A DNA stretch of 63,882 nucleotides, the filler included, from Bigelowiella natans CCMP2755 (Eukaryota > Protista > Cercozoa), in the NCBI GenBank assembly GCA_000320545.1. It is 6 parts of 6 records of this genome, joined end to end, with 100 filler letters (N's around TTAATTAATTAA, not from the genome) between each part and the next. Parts side by side here need not be neighbours in the genome. Positions count along the whole stretch, not along the records: positions 1 to 16,406 come from ADNK01003536.1; 5 more parts are not named here. One strand, 5' to 3'. Under the pieces are notes generated by a model. That model saw only the letters and a program-made list of their open reading frames with translations, had not been told where the DNA came from and did no database searches. Positions 1 to 10,904 of this stretch are shown piece by piece. Within the stretch, counting starts at the first letter, position 1. Every line of letters begins with the position of its first letter. The position numbers and the translations under genes were made by a program.

Positions 1-355
1 GAGTTAGTTAAAAGCGATGGCGCAGTTAAGACACTGCTCATCCCGGTTTTCCTAAGATAGAAGGGAACGCTCTTATCTATTCCCCACCCCCACATTGACC
101 CGACAAGGGCAGGAAAAAGTCAAATTTAACGCCATAGTTTTCAAGGGTGAGTGTTGTACCTTATTGTCCTTCGACCACTCTCTGAATGCACCCGTAGATG
201 CCTTCATCACCTTTTTTGATTGGGGGGAGGATGAAGAGGAGCTTTTCAAGGTTGCTTGTATGCAAAGAGAATAACTTGCGCGCCTGTTGGCGAGCAGAGC
301 TATTATGTAGGAATACTTGCCTTGAGATGACACGAACACAAACATACGCATTTGG

Positions 356-412
<57 letters not shown>

Positions 413-699
413 TATATGTTTATATTTACAAATGTACCTCATCCGTGAACAGCCCCGCAGGAAAGCCCGTCGCCTTCTGAACGCTTACGAGAAGATCTCG
501 AATGAACCGCAGCTTCGGCTTTTGAAGCAATTTCTCCTTGAGCTGAGCAAAAAGATGGAGAGAAGGTTATGCAAAATACTACTTACGTGTGATCGCACAC
601 AATCGTATTCTCTCCTCATGACTCCCACGCACACTCACACACAAATCTCCTTTACTTCCTCACTACACAAACACACACATTGGCACATCACATGCGTTC

Positions 700-738
<39 letters not shown>

Positions 739-1145
739 GTCGTGATCAGTAGAAGTGCATTGCTAGTATCTTCAAGAAATATTCTGAATAGTCGTATCGA
801 AGCAATATTTATTACCGGCGGCTTCTTAAAGCCAAACGCTCCTAGCTTCGCCTGTGATGTCTGTGGGATTCATGGACGTTGCGTCACGTTTAGGGTTTAC
901 GTTTTGTGGGAAACACGCATTGTGCCCAAAATAATCGCAGCAGAAGTGTTGCACAGAAAACGGTTGTGCTTTCAAAATGAAAACTCTTACAAAGTACAGC
1001 TACTAATGAGTGAGGGTTTCTTGTAATGATCGTTTCTGCTGCATATTCTGCTATGTGGACCTCCCATCCGATTTCCTTCCTAAACCACATTCCCGTCATG
1101 ATAACACTCCCCTACTACCTTGATCCATGGAATTTCCGACGCCAT
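1..1145 (-). CDS. TRAF3IP1/MIP-T3/IFT54-like N-terminal domain protein, 5' exons only (probably continues off the window)
   Basis: GT-AG splicing from ATG 1145 gives MASEIPWIK|TSQAKLGAFGFKKPP|LKEKLLQKPKLRFIRDLLVSVQKATGFPAGLFTDE|..., resembling the IFT54 N-terminal motif (KKPPLTEKLLxKPPFRxLHDII..V...TGF..GL.T..E). Confidence 0.6.
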
Positions 1146-2439
1146 GGAGAAGAACGCCTCGCCAGCTCTCACCAGTAGTTTGAATGAAGCTTTGGGGAGG
1201 CGAGTTGCAACGGTAGGAAGTTTAAGGTGGTATTTTTCGAGGGGATGCCAAAATTATTATGAGTTATCGGTGAACATATACATACGACAACAAAATATGG
1301 TTGTCGTAATCTATAAAAACAAAATTATATTTGCGTCTTCTGGTTATCCTTCTCTCTGAGTTTCACCAGCACCCGTTTCGGTTTTCGATCAGCTCGGCAG
1401 GAGGCTAATATCTTCAAAATGAAGCTAAAATTGATGTCTCTTGAATAAATTCCCCTGAGTTCGTTTGTAAAATGGACGATCAAGCGCGGCAAACGGACCA
1501 CTCGGAACAGCAGGAGAGAATAAACGGGCTTGATAGATACATATTTATACGAGAAATATCTGAGTATAGACGGATATTTTGAAGCAAATAGTTAATTTTC
1601 TATGTGTTTTGAAATTTTTGAAATTTCCACAGTGCAAGGATGCTCATTTCTACTCGGTGAAATATCAGGCCACCTATGGCTTACACAGGTCATAGACTTT
1701 TCCGTTTTATTTGTTTTGTCGCAAAAGCTTTTTCCTATGCATTTGTTGTCCTGAATTGTGCCGACCAGAGAGAAAGAATAACTATTTTCGTGAACGCCGT
1801 ATATATTCTATTAAGAAACCCATTTATCAATTGACGCACTTCTAAAGTACATGTTGAATATCGACATTTCTATGAATATTTTCTGTACTTTGCACTGAAT
1901 AATCTGAAGTACGGTATAAACCTTAGACGGTAGCCCTCCCTCTCGCCCGCCTCAGTGAGGGGCTGCAACTCTTGTTTTCACATTTTTTTATGCTTCGGGG
2001 GGGTTAAAATATTATCGCCAATTCTGTCCGTCGAAGATGGTGCTGTTTTGAGGGATAGAATAACCATTATCGAGAGCAGTGCTTTGGCTCTGAGTTTTTA
2101 CGAGCTTCGAATTTCTCGCACGTGACGTCTTTGCTCCGCATTGGGAGCAACTATCGCATATCGAAGTCAATCCTACAACATTTCCTCATTTTCTGCTGTA
2201 CGAGGGGTACCCACCATCGTTTTTCTGCGATAAAAGCGGGAGACCGATGTTGTGTGGTGCCGATCGATCGATCATCGTGACGATACTTGTGTTTTGCTCC
2301 ACTGTAGTAGTTTTGCGTATAGATTTATGTTCAGGAGGAGAAATCAACAGCATGCCGTAATATACGTTAATCCTCTATCCCCCCCCGCCTTGCTCCCTTT
2401 TCTCAAGTCGTCAGGCAGCGGTGTTCTATAATTTTTCTT

Positions 2440-3643
2440 ATGCCATTGCTTCGAGCTGCCATCTCCACCGTGTTTATGCTGGCTGCGGTTTCCTCCACAT
2501 CAATGTCCCGAACGAGGTACGTGCAGAAGGGCGACAATAAAAGGGGGGAGGGGGGGGGGGGCGATTTACACATATCTTAATGTGCTCATTCGTGGGTGCT
2601 TCTATTCTTGGTAAGGCATAAGCTCACTGCCGCATCGTCCTCCATTCTCCGAAATTCCCTCGGGCTTCGATCGCGTCTGGCTCTTCGTCGCCACTTGCGC
2701 AAAGACCAGTCATCATCCATGGCCTCGCTCCTGCAGGTGTCTGCACGCGGAATATCATCATCAAACCCGCGCTCAATGGCCGGTCTGACCGCGAAAGCTG
2801 AGGTGGTCGCAACTTGTAGGAGTAACAGATAAATGCCATCAACAACACACTAGCAGACCAACGTCCCCCCACTCCCCATCGCTAAATAAAGAAGAATAGA
2901 CAAACGTGCCAGTCCGACTGCATCGATGGTGGAAATGACCGATTGCGATTTGCCAATATGCACGCAAGCACAGACTCGTAGATTATATGTAGTAAATAGT
3001 TGTTTCCTGCAGAAGCCTTATACTACTACTACTACTACTACTACTATCACTGCTACTACTCAGGATCCAGCTGCTGCGAGCTCATCGCCTATTGGAGACA
3101 ACATTCTCCGAGTGATGAGCGACAACGCTGAGGTCTCTTGCCTGGTGGCAGATGCCACTGAGTTGGTGCAAGAAGCACAAACCAGACACAATCTGTCGCT
3201 AACCGCCACGGTGGCGCTCGGGAGGTCTTTGGTGGGCGGCCTACTCCTTGCAGCCTTCAAGGCTGAGGGCGATGCGGTGAGAGGGGGGAGAGTGATGCAC
3301 TCGAGGGGGGATGGGGTTCTTTGGTTTTTACACTTTTTACCAACTTTTACAAGCTGATCGCAGATGTGGAGCAGATGGAAGGGAAACAACTTAGTTTTTT
3401 AAGTGCTGAATTCGAATCCCTCGGCCCCCCTTCCCCCCCCCTCCTCCACCCCACCCCACTCGCAGGTCCAGCTTAAGTTCTCAGGGAGAGGGCCGTTGGG
3501 AGATATAATGGTGAATCTTATCGTTTTTTGGGGGTTAGGCTTAAGGGGGACGGGGGGGGGGTCGTGCAAACAAGAAGTCGTCGCGTGTGTTTCTTACACT
3601 CGTCCTCGTCTCTCTCCGTCTTACTCTTTTCCACATAATCGCT

Positions 3644-3692
<49 letters not shown>

Positions 3693-4909
3693 CATCTCGA
3701 TCTCTTCCCTCCTCCTCCTCTTCCTCCTCCTCCTCCTTCTCCCCTTTCTCTTGGCCTCCTCAGGTGATTGCTGACCAGAAAGGGATGGTGAAGGGCAGGA
3801 TCAGCAATCCACAATTTGAGGTATTATGTAGTCATCGTCGTCGCCAAGCAACCGGAAGAAGGAATAAATAGACGCGAAACAGCTGCGCGGCGATGCATCT
3901 TTCCTTCTCCTGCGGCGCGAATAAACCTACATGCTGCGCCGAAGGAAACGAAGGACATATCGTTCGGATAACACAAAGAGAGTCCCCGTGTTTTTCACTC
4001 GAAAAAGGAAAGGATGTGTGCGTGTTATCAACGAGCGATGGGCCTCGAAACTGTTTGGCTTTTGGCGATGAAGCGTTTATTGACCTTCTGCCACTCTCCA
4101 TTTCTTTCAGGTGCCGCCAAGAGCAGACGGAGCTCCTGATGTTGGATGTACGTATATTCCCCCCCCCCCCCCCCCCCCCCCCCTTAATACCGAGAACCCC
4201 CTTGTTTTGGTGAGGGGTCGGCCAAATTTCTGTCGATAGTGCCATTTTGTTTCAGCGGGAGGGGAGGGGGGGGGGGGTGGGAGAGTTAGTTTTTGCTGAA
4301 GAATTGCAAGATTCTGTGTTAAACATTCATGGCTTTTTTACCTGGATAGTTTTTCCGATTTTATTGTTTAATATTTTGGTGAATTTGGGCGCTCGGGCGA
4401 CTGTACTTAGATAATCTAATATATCCCAATAACCATCGCCATATATTTCCTTCTGCAGCGGCGGTTGGGAAGGGTGCTCTTGAAGTCGTACGCTCCAACA
4501 CCAATCCGTAAGCGTCACGAACTCTCCGTGCAATACGCTTGGCATGTCAAGATCCGAGCTTTTCGTTCTGGCGCGTGGAAAAACCTCATTCATTCCTTCC
4601 TTCCCCCCCTCCCCCCCCGAAAAAAAAATAACTAAACAAAACACAGGTACATGCCTTTCTACAAACCCTACACTGGAGTCGTTCCCATCAGCACCGGCGA
4701 GATTGCAGAGGTACTACTAGCAATGTTCAGCTATGCAAACACCCCATTCCAAGCGAGTGTAGGTGTTTCGACTTATCTAATCTTCACTGCCAGCGTGATC
4801 ACCACATCGTCGTTACCATCGCCGCAATCGCCGCCTTCACCCCCACCATTTGGCGCTGCCATATCGTCATCATTTTCCATTTCAATTTGTATTGTTCTTA
4901 TTCGTTGGT

Positions 4910-4940
<31 letters not shown>

Positions 4941-5125
4941 AGGATATCGCCTTCTATCTCGCATCGAGCGAGCAGACCTCCAGCGCCATCGGACTGGGCG
5001 TGGTACTCAACCCCGACGGAACCGTGAAGAAGGCAGGGGGGTGGCACCTCCAAGTGCTTCCTCTGGCCTCGGAAGGAACGCTTGTGATGCTCGAAACTAA
5101 CATTCAAAATCTTGGGTATATTATC

Positions 5126-5164
<39 letters not shown>

Positions 5165-5383
5165 TATGTATATCGATAGCTAGCTTCTGAGGAGACGTGT
5201 CAGCAGTAGTAGCAGCAGTGGTAGGGATAGTTGTAGCAGCAGCAGGGAATCCATCCCCCCAAAAGAAAATGAAGAATGTCGGTCGAGACGGGGGAGAGCA
5301 AGCGCACCGGCGCGTCGTCATTGCATTGAGCCTAACGCGGAAGGGTTGTGCTGTTGGTTGCCTCGATGTAATGCAATGCAATG

Positions 5384-5419
<36 letters not shown>

Positions 5420-6058
5420 CTCCTTAGATCAACGACAGACCTGCTATCTGAAGGGGTATCAACTCTGGGCATTTCCAGATTGCTGTTAGACGGTCATATG
5501 CAATGCTCAATAGTGATTCTTGGCAGCTGCTGCTCGATGGAATTCGCCGCCCCCCCCCCCCCCCCTCCCCCATTTCAGCGGCGACACGGAATTATAGCAG
5601 GCCTTGTCGCGGGAGGGGGAAACTTCATTGATTCTCTCTCCCTCCCTCTTTCTTCCGCATGTGTGCAGCTTCTGTGTTTATTTTCGCTTTTGGCTCCTTA
5701 TTGTATTTTCTTTTCCCTTTTTTTTCTCTTCTTTTTTTTCCCCTTTTCCCCCCAAGATGGGTGCTACAGTTTGTTGCTGCCAATCCCGAAAAATCTTGAA
5801 AATCATCCGATTATTCTCCATGAATATGGATTTTGGGGTGTGGCATTCATGCGACCTCGTCAGGATCTTTCTCCCCACATCATTCATTCATTCTGCTTGT
5901 CGTGACTGTGTGCGCAATAGGCCTGGCGGACGTCGAGGATGCAACCTTCTCTCTGGTTCCAAAGTGGGTTTGCAGCAGTTATCTTGTGGCCGGAGCGTCT
6001 ACTATCGTTCTGTTATTTTGCTATCGTCCTGTTATTTTGCCTTTTGACATGTGGTGTA

Positions 6059-6110
<52 letters not shown>

Positions 6111-6211
6111 AAGAGCTCAGGCGTCAAGGGAAATGCTTGCTGCTCGTGATAACTATTATGTGTCGAATTAAAAGTGAAATTTTAGCCTATATCTTGTCCG
6201 TTGCATATTTG

Positions 6212-6268
<57 letters not shown>

Positions 6269-6359
6269 AGATATGGCCCTTGTGAGGAATCGGATCTTGA
6301 GGTCGTAAGGCGAACATGCCGAGGGGGAAACAGCAAAGAGAGAAGGAGAGGGAGAAGAA

Positions 6360-6403
<44 letters not shown>

Positions 6404-6843
6404 ATGCGAGAGATGAAGAGTTACACCAATCGAGAAAGGTACAAAAATATCGTATACCTCTACCGAGCATTCATCGCCATGTACGACTCGCCCCCCCCCC
6501 CCCCTCCACACACCCCTTCACATGCTACTATATTCCTGCTTCAGAGCCGAATGGTGCGCGCCATAGCTGCCCTAGGCAGGGAAGAGGCCGAGTCGCTTTT
6601 GGAAGAAAACGACGGTCAGTATCTACTGATGAATGAAGTTTGCAGCTAGAATGCTCCGAGCGCGTCCGTTCATATTCTGATCTTCTCTCCTCCGCGCCAT
6701 CCCCCCCCCCCCCCCGTCCTTGTGACTACCGTGCCATTCGCCTAGGCATGGTTGAGATTCGGTGTGACTTCTGCTCGCACACACGCCAATTTAATCGAGA
6801 GGTCGGAAAAAGAGGAAGAAGAAATAAATAAAGAGAGACGAGA

Positions 6844-6913
<70 letters not shown>

Positions 6914-7074
6914 ATGTGGTGTATATATACATATATAAATATACAACATACATTTCTTCTCACCGCAATCAACGTGCCTTTTGACTGTGATTTTGGACGA
7001 CGATATGCTCGTAACAGGAGGTGATGGCGATGCTCGAAACCGTAGAAAAGGCCTCCGCCTCCAGATCGTCATAA
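2440..7074 (+). CDS. HSP33: Hsp33 (HslO-family) redox chaperone, about 15 exons, with bipartite plastid-targeting leader
   Basis: Exons splice in frame through GT-AG introns: MPLLRAAISTVFMLAAVSS (signal) + S/R-rich transit; [102 protein letters not shown]; YGPC...VEIRCDFC; stop TAA 7072-7074. Confidence 0.92.
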
Positions 7075-7953
7075 GAGCTGCTAATAGCATGAATTTGTAG
7101 TCGTGATTCCTGACGCACGCGGTTGCGTTATACTGGCCGCGTGAGAATAAGCAGTGTGCCTTTGCATGCTACAAACTGCGAGCCGCCGCCAAGTGGGACG
7201 CAAATAATGCAGCCTGCAATAACTCCTACCCACGTCACTAAAATTAAATACATAACAAGTATGTAAGTAAGCTAGTAAGGAAGGGGCTCGCAGGCCGACT
7301 GGAGCGAGGAGTCCTAATGTTTGTCAAGTTGAATAATGGCACTCGAAGCAACAATTCTTAGTATTATTGCGCCGCCGTGCGTGCGCCATGTCATGCACTT
7401 GCATGCGAGAGCCAAACCTACATACTACTGGTTATCTCCGATGCGTATCTTAACGTGGTCAGGGGTCTTTTTGCCGATTGCGACGACGGCACAAAAGGCA
7501 CGTACATTTGCCATGTTTAACGAAGCGCTCTAGCTAGCGCTGCACGTTATAATTGCGACGGTCGTGGCTGTTATTGGCGCATGGAATTCGAGCTGCTACT
7601 AGGCTAGGCTAGCTCAGCGATTATACACGTCACTGTGCGACGCATATAGCTTAACATGTATAGATGTAAGAGAGCGCATCTTTGCTGCGCAGCGCAGTAG
7701 GTAATGCTAGCAAGAATGGTCGAGATCATCAGATAAGAGTAGAAACAATGCATGGACTAAGGGAAACGTAACAATGCACAACAAGCGTTGTTGACGTCCT
7801 GCATATGTAGCTAGCTAGCTAGCACTTCCTCATCATGTGCAACAGCGTAGAGCAAGGAGCTCGGCGGTAATGAGCGCCCCTGAGAGGTCACTTGGAAGCT
7901 AATGAAGGGCATGTCGCACATTACATGCCGCACAATTACAATTCTCTACTTGC

Positions 7954-8724
7954 TTAGTCCATCTTGTAGCCGAGGAGGAAAAGGCCAAAGAATGCGATGA
8001 GAGAGCCATAGATCAAGATGCTCTGTACAGATAGATTATTGCAAAGATAGAAACAATGAGAACACCTCCGATCGATTTCTTAAACTCCTTTTTATTTTTT
8101 TTGTTGTTGAAGGGGGAAGGGGAGGGCAAGTGGGATCATGCGGTTCAAGGCAGATTGCAATGTCGGCTTTCTCTTTCTAGCATACTCAAAACGCGCACGC
8201 GCGCTGCGTACAAGTCCCCCGTTTTCGGTTGGTTTTCTTGTAGGCTCCTATTCGTATACTGTGTTATGCTGGCTGCTCTGCCATTGTACCTTCTGGCCTT
8301 CCGTCATCGAGTTTGTTCCGAAGCCATAGCCCTGATTCTCAGCGAATCCGGCAACGATCTAGATATTTGGTGGCAATGGTTATGGTGAGGGTGATGGTGA
8401 TGATGATAATGATGATAAATCGTGTGCAGACTTGTCTTTTTAAGTTCTACGCATCGACGCGTATTATCTAAGCTATTTTGGCTTTGTCGTCCCTCATCAT
8501 CATCATCGTCGTCGGTCGTCACCGCCATCTTCTTCAAATCATCACCTTTCCTTGCTCTTCGAACATGTCCTTTTCGGAGCCGCACACTGGGCATTGCCAA
8601 TCCTCCGGAAGCTCCTCGAAAGTCGTTCCCCGTGCAATCATCATCTCGGGGTCCCCCTGTTGTTGTTATTGTTGTTGTTGCTGTTCTCGTTGTCGCAATT
8701 ACACAGGCGTGAGACTTCTATTTG

Positions 8725-8755
<31 letters not shown>

Positions 8756-9855
8756 CCTGTTTGCCATGGTGTGCGTGCAGTAATGATTGACAGAGGTGAG
8801 CATCCTTGCTTGCTATATTACATTTTTGGGGTCGTAAACGAACTGGCAATTCGTACACTCGTAGTCCCCGGTTCCTTTCTGATATAGTCGTACCACCGCA
8901 TACACAGCAACAAAATCGCAACACATCAAAAGTCATTCCTCGAAAAAAGAAGTCTCCTCGACGGATGTCCACCACAGCATGAAAGCAGCAATACGATTGT
9001 GATGTGGTTTCTCGCGAATATTGTTAGTTGTGCTACCATAATTTATATTATATAGAGTCCATAAATTCTTTCCTTGTTATGCCCCCTCCCCCATCTAAGC
9101 CCTCCCCACCTTAAAAAATTTCTCCGCAGCTCGTAGCCTTTCGATCTCCTTCTGCTTCACTTCAGCCTCGGAGGTTAGCTCCTCGTTCAATTCTTCTTCC
9201 TGATGAGCATGTTTCGAAGATATCACGCGCGCGCACAAAATGAGCAAAATCGGATACGCGTGTTGATAGCGTTTTATTCTCTGCACGAGTACGCATGTCG
9301 CAAAGAGGCCACTGACCGTAGTGGCAAATCGCCTTGTGGGCTGGAAAGTTCTGGTACGATAGCGGAGCTGTGGGGCGTTCGCCACTCTGCACAATAGCGT
9401 ACAAGGCGAAATTCAATGTCTATCTCGAGGAAGAAGGAAGGAGGGATAAGTACCTGCATCGGCTAGGGATTGTGTGCGAGCGGAGAGCAAGAGCGCGGCC
9501 AACCTGAGCAGTATGGAGAAATTTTGTCAGCGAGATCCAAATGGGGCACACAGCCCGCCCGTATTTCCGTTGTGGTACAGAGATCAAAAAGAGAATGTTA
9601 ACCCCCCCTATGTGTCTATGAAGGTCGGGCCTTCGCTTCGTTGGGTAGGAAGGAGGCAAGAAACACACGGTTGTCGCATTTGTGTTGGCACTTGCAGCAC
9701 ACCTGTTGAGGCTGTGTGGCACTCGAGAATACGACGCTGAGGAACGCCACGTAGCACAGCGTTATCGATGTGAGGAAAATTTTTCTACAGGAGGAACTCG
9801 TCCGTCTGCTATTGAGGGAGAGGGGGCGGAGGGCGGTCGTCTCGGCGACGTGCAT
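7954..9855 (-). CDS. RBD1: Thylakoid-anchored rubredoxin (RBD1/RubA type) with bipartite leader, multi-exon
   Basis: Spliced exons [13 protein letters not shown]|[19 protein letters not shown]|[32 protein letters not shown]|[23 protein letters not shown]|[22 protein letters not shown]: two CxxC motifs plus C-terminal TM helix; hydrophobic signal in first exon (start codon inferred). Confidence 0.9.
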
Positions 9856-10511
9856 TATTGGGCAATTCGACGTGTCGGTCAATGGTGGTATGCTCTCCCC
9901 CAAAACGATGGAAAACCGTGGGGATTTCTTACAAGTGACATCAAAATTTTTAACATATCTGATAAAGTCCCCTACGTTTTACGTCGCGCGAAATCTCTAC
10001 TCCAGAAAACTAACCGGCGAGTATCAATGCCTGTGCATCAAGCCGTGGGTTTTCGAACTACGACAACCTCTTTGGCACGGAGAGCGCCAACAACATGGTG
10101 CCGCACGCAGCTGCGACTTTCCTGGACCGATCCCATTCTTTTCATCCCATGCGACAAGTCAGCACCCTTCTCAAGAGGATGTCAACAGGCACTCTTTTTT
10201 GTAGGGGGTTTTGTTGTAGAAAGACATGGATTTCTATTTGTCTTTCATGATGAACCCACAGCTTTCTCACCTTCGGGTGATGAGCACCATGTTGAAGGGG
10301 TTGAAATCGGATGACCTTATTCTAGTTGAAATATGGAAATCGCAAAATGTTAGGGAACGGAACCGAAATTCGCACTTCACTGAATAAATATTTCAATGGA
10401 GGCGGTTTTTTGTGATATTTAGTGAAATCGCACAAGAAAATCTTAGAAACGGCGAATAGCTACGAATCCGTATACGGGTACAAGCTGTAGATCTATCTCA
10501 ATTCACTCACC

Positions 10512-10904
10512 ATGGTGGTCAATGTGGGAGAAATCTTGGAGGCCTACAAATACATATGCACCGTCTTGGACGAGGCTAAAGAGAACAACCGAATGGTGAA
10601 GGAACTGAAGAAGTGCTTCAGCCTCTTGAAATCTTCCGTGGTCAATCTGCACAATCGGAGGCTGAATCAGGGAGTTCTCAAAGAAATGAAGGAATGTTTT
10701 GATGAAGTGCGAGACTTTGTCGTATCGTTCCAAGGTCAGGGCTGGTTCAAGAAATACTTTTGGAAACGGTCTGAGAACAAATCGGAATCTAATCGCCTGA
10801 TGAAACTGATGTTCCGCATCAATGAGCTACTCCAGACCGACCTTCTCGTGGAACTGAATCGCGACTGTTGGAGAGGGAACGGATTTCAGAGGCCAAGTGG
10901 GTGA
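10512..10904 (+). CDS. Helical N-terminal domain (MLKL/HeLo/MCAfunc-like 4-helix bundle); probably the 5' part of the kinase-Kelch gene, split by a frameshift
   Basis: ATG-initiated 130-aa amphipathic helical ORF (I...Y.YI...LDEAKEN...K.L.....L...V..L...L.E...FV..F....WFKK) overlapping the kinase ORF in another frame; family assignment by pattern recognition only. Confidence 0.55.
   Translation: MVVNVGEILEAYKYICTVLDEAKENNRMVKELKKCFSLLKSSVVNLHNRRLNQGVLKEMKECFDEVRDFVVSFQGQGWFKKYFWKRSENKSESNRLMKLMFRINELLQTDLLVELNRDCWRGNGFQRPSG

Noticed and set aside
198-752. ORFs with YIYI/CVCV/SLSL/ERER runs here and across the window
   Set aside because: Translations of intronic microsatellites
9682-10314. 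210-aa plus-strand ORF
   Set aside because: Antisense to the rubredoxin first exon and promoter; non-ATG start and no motif
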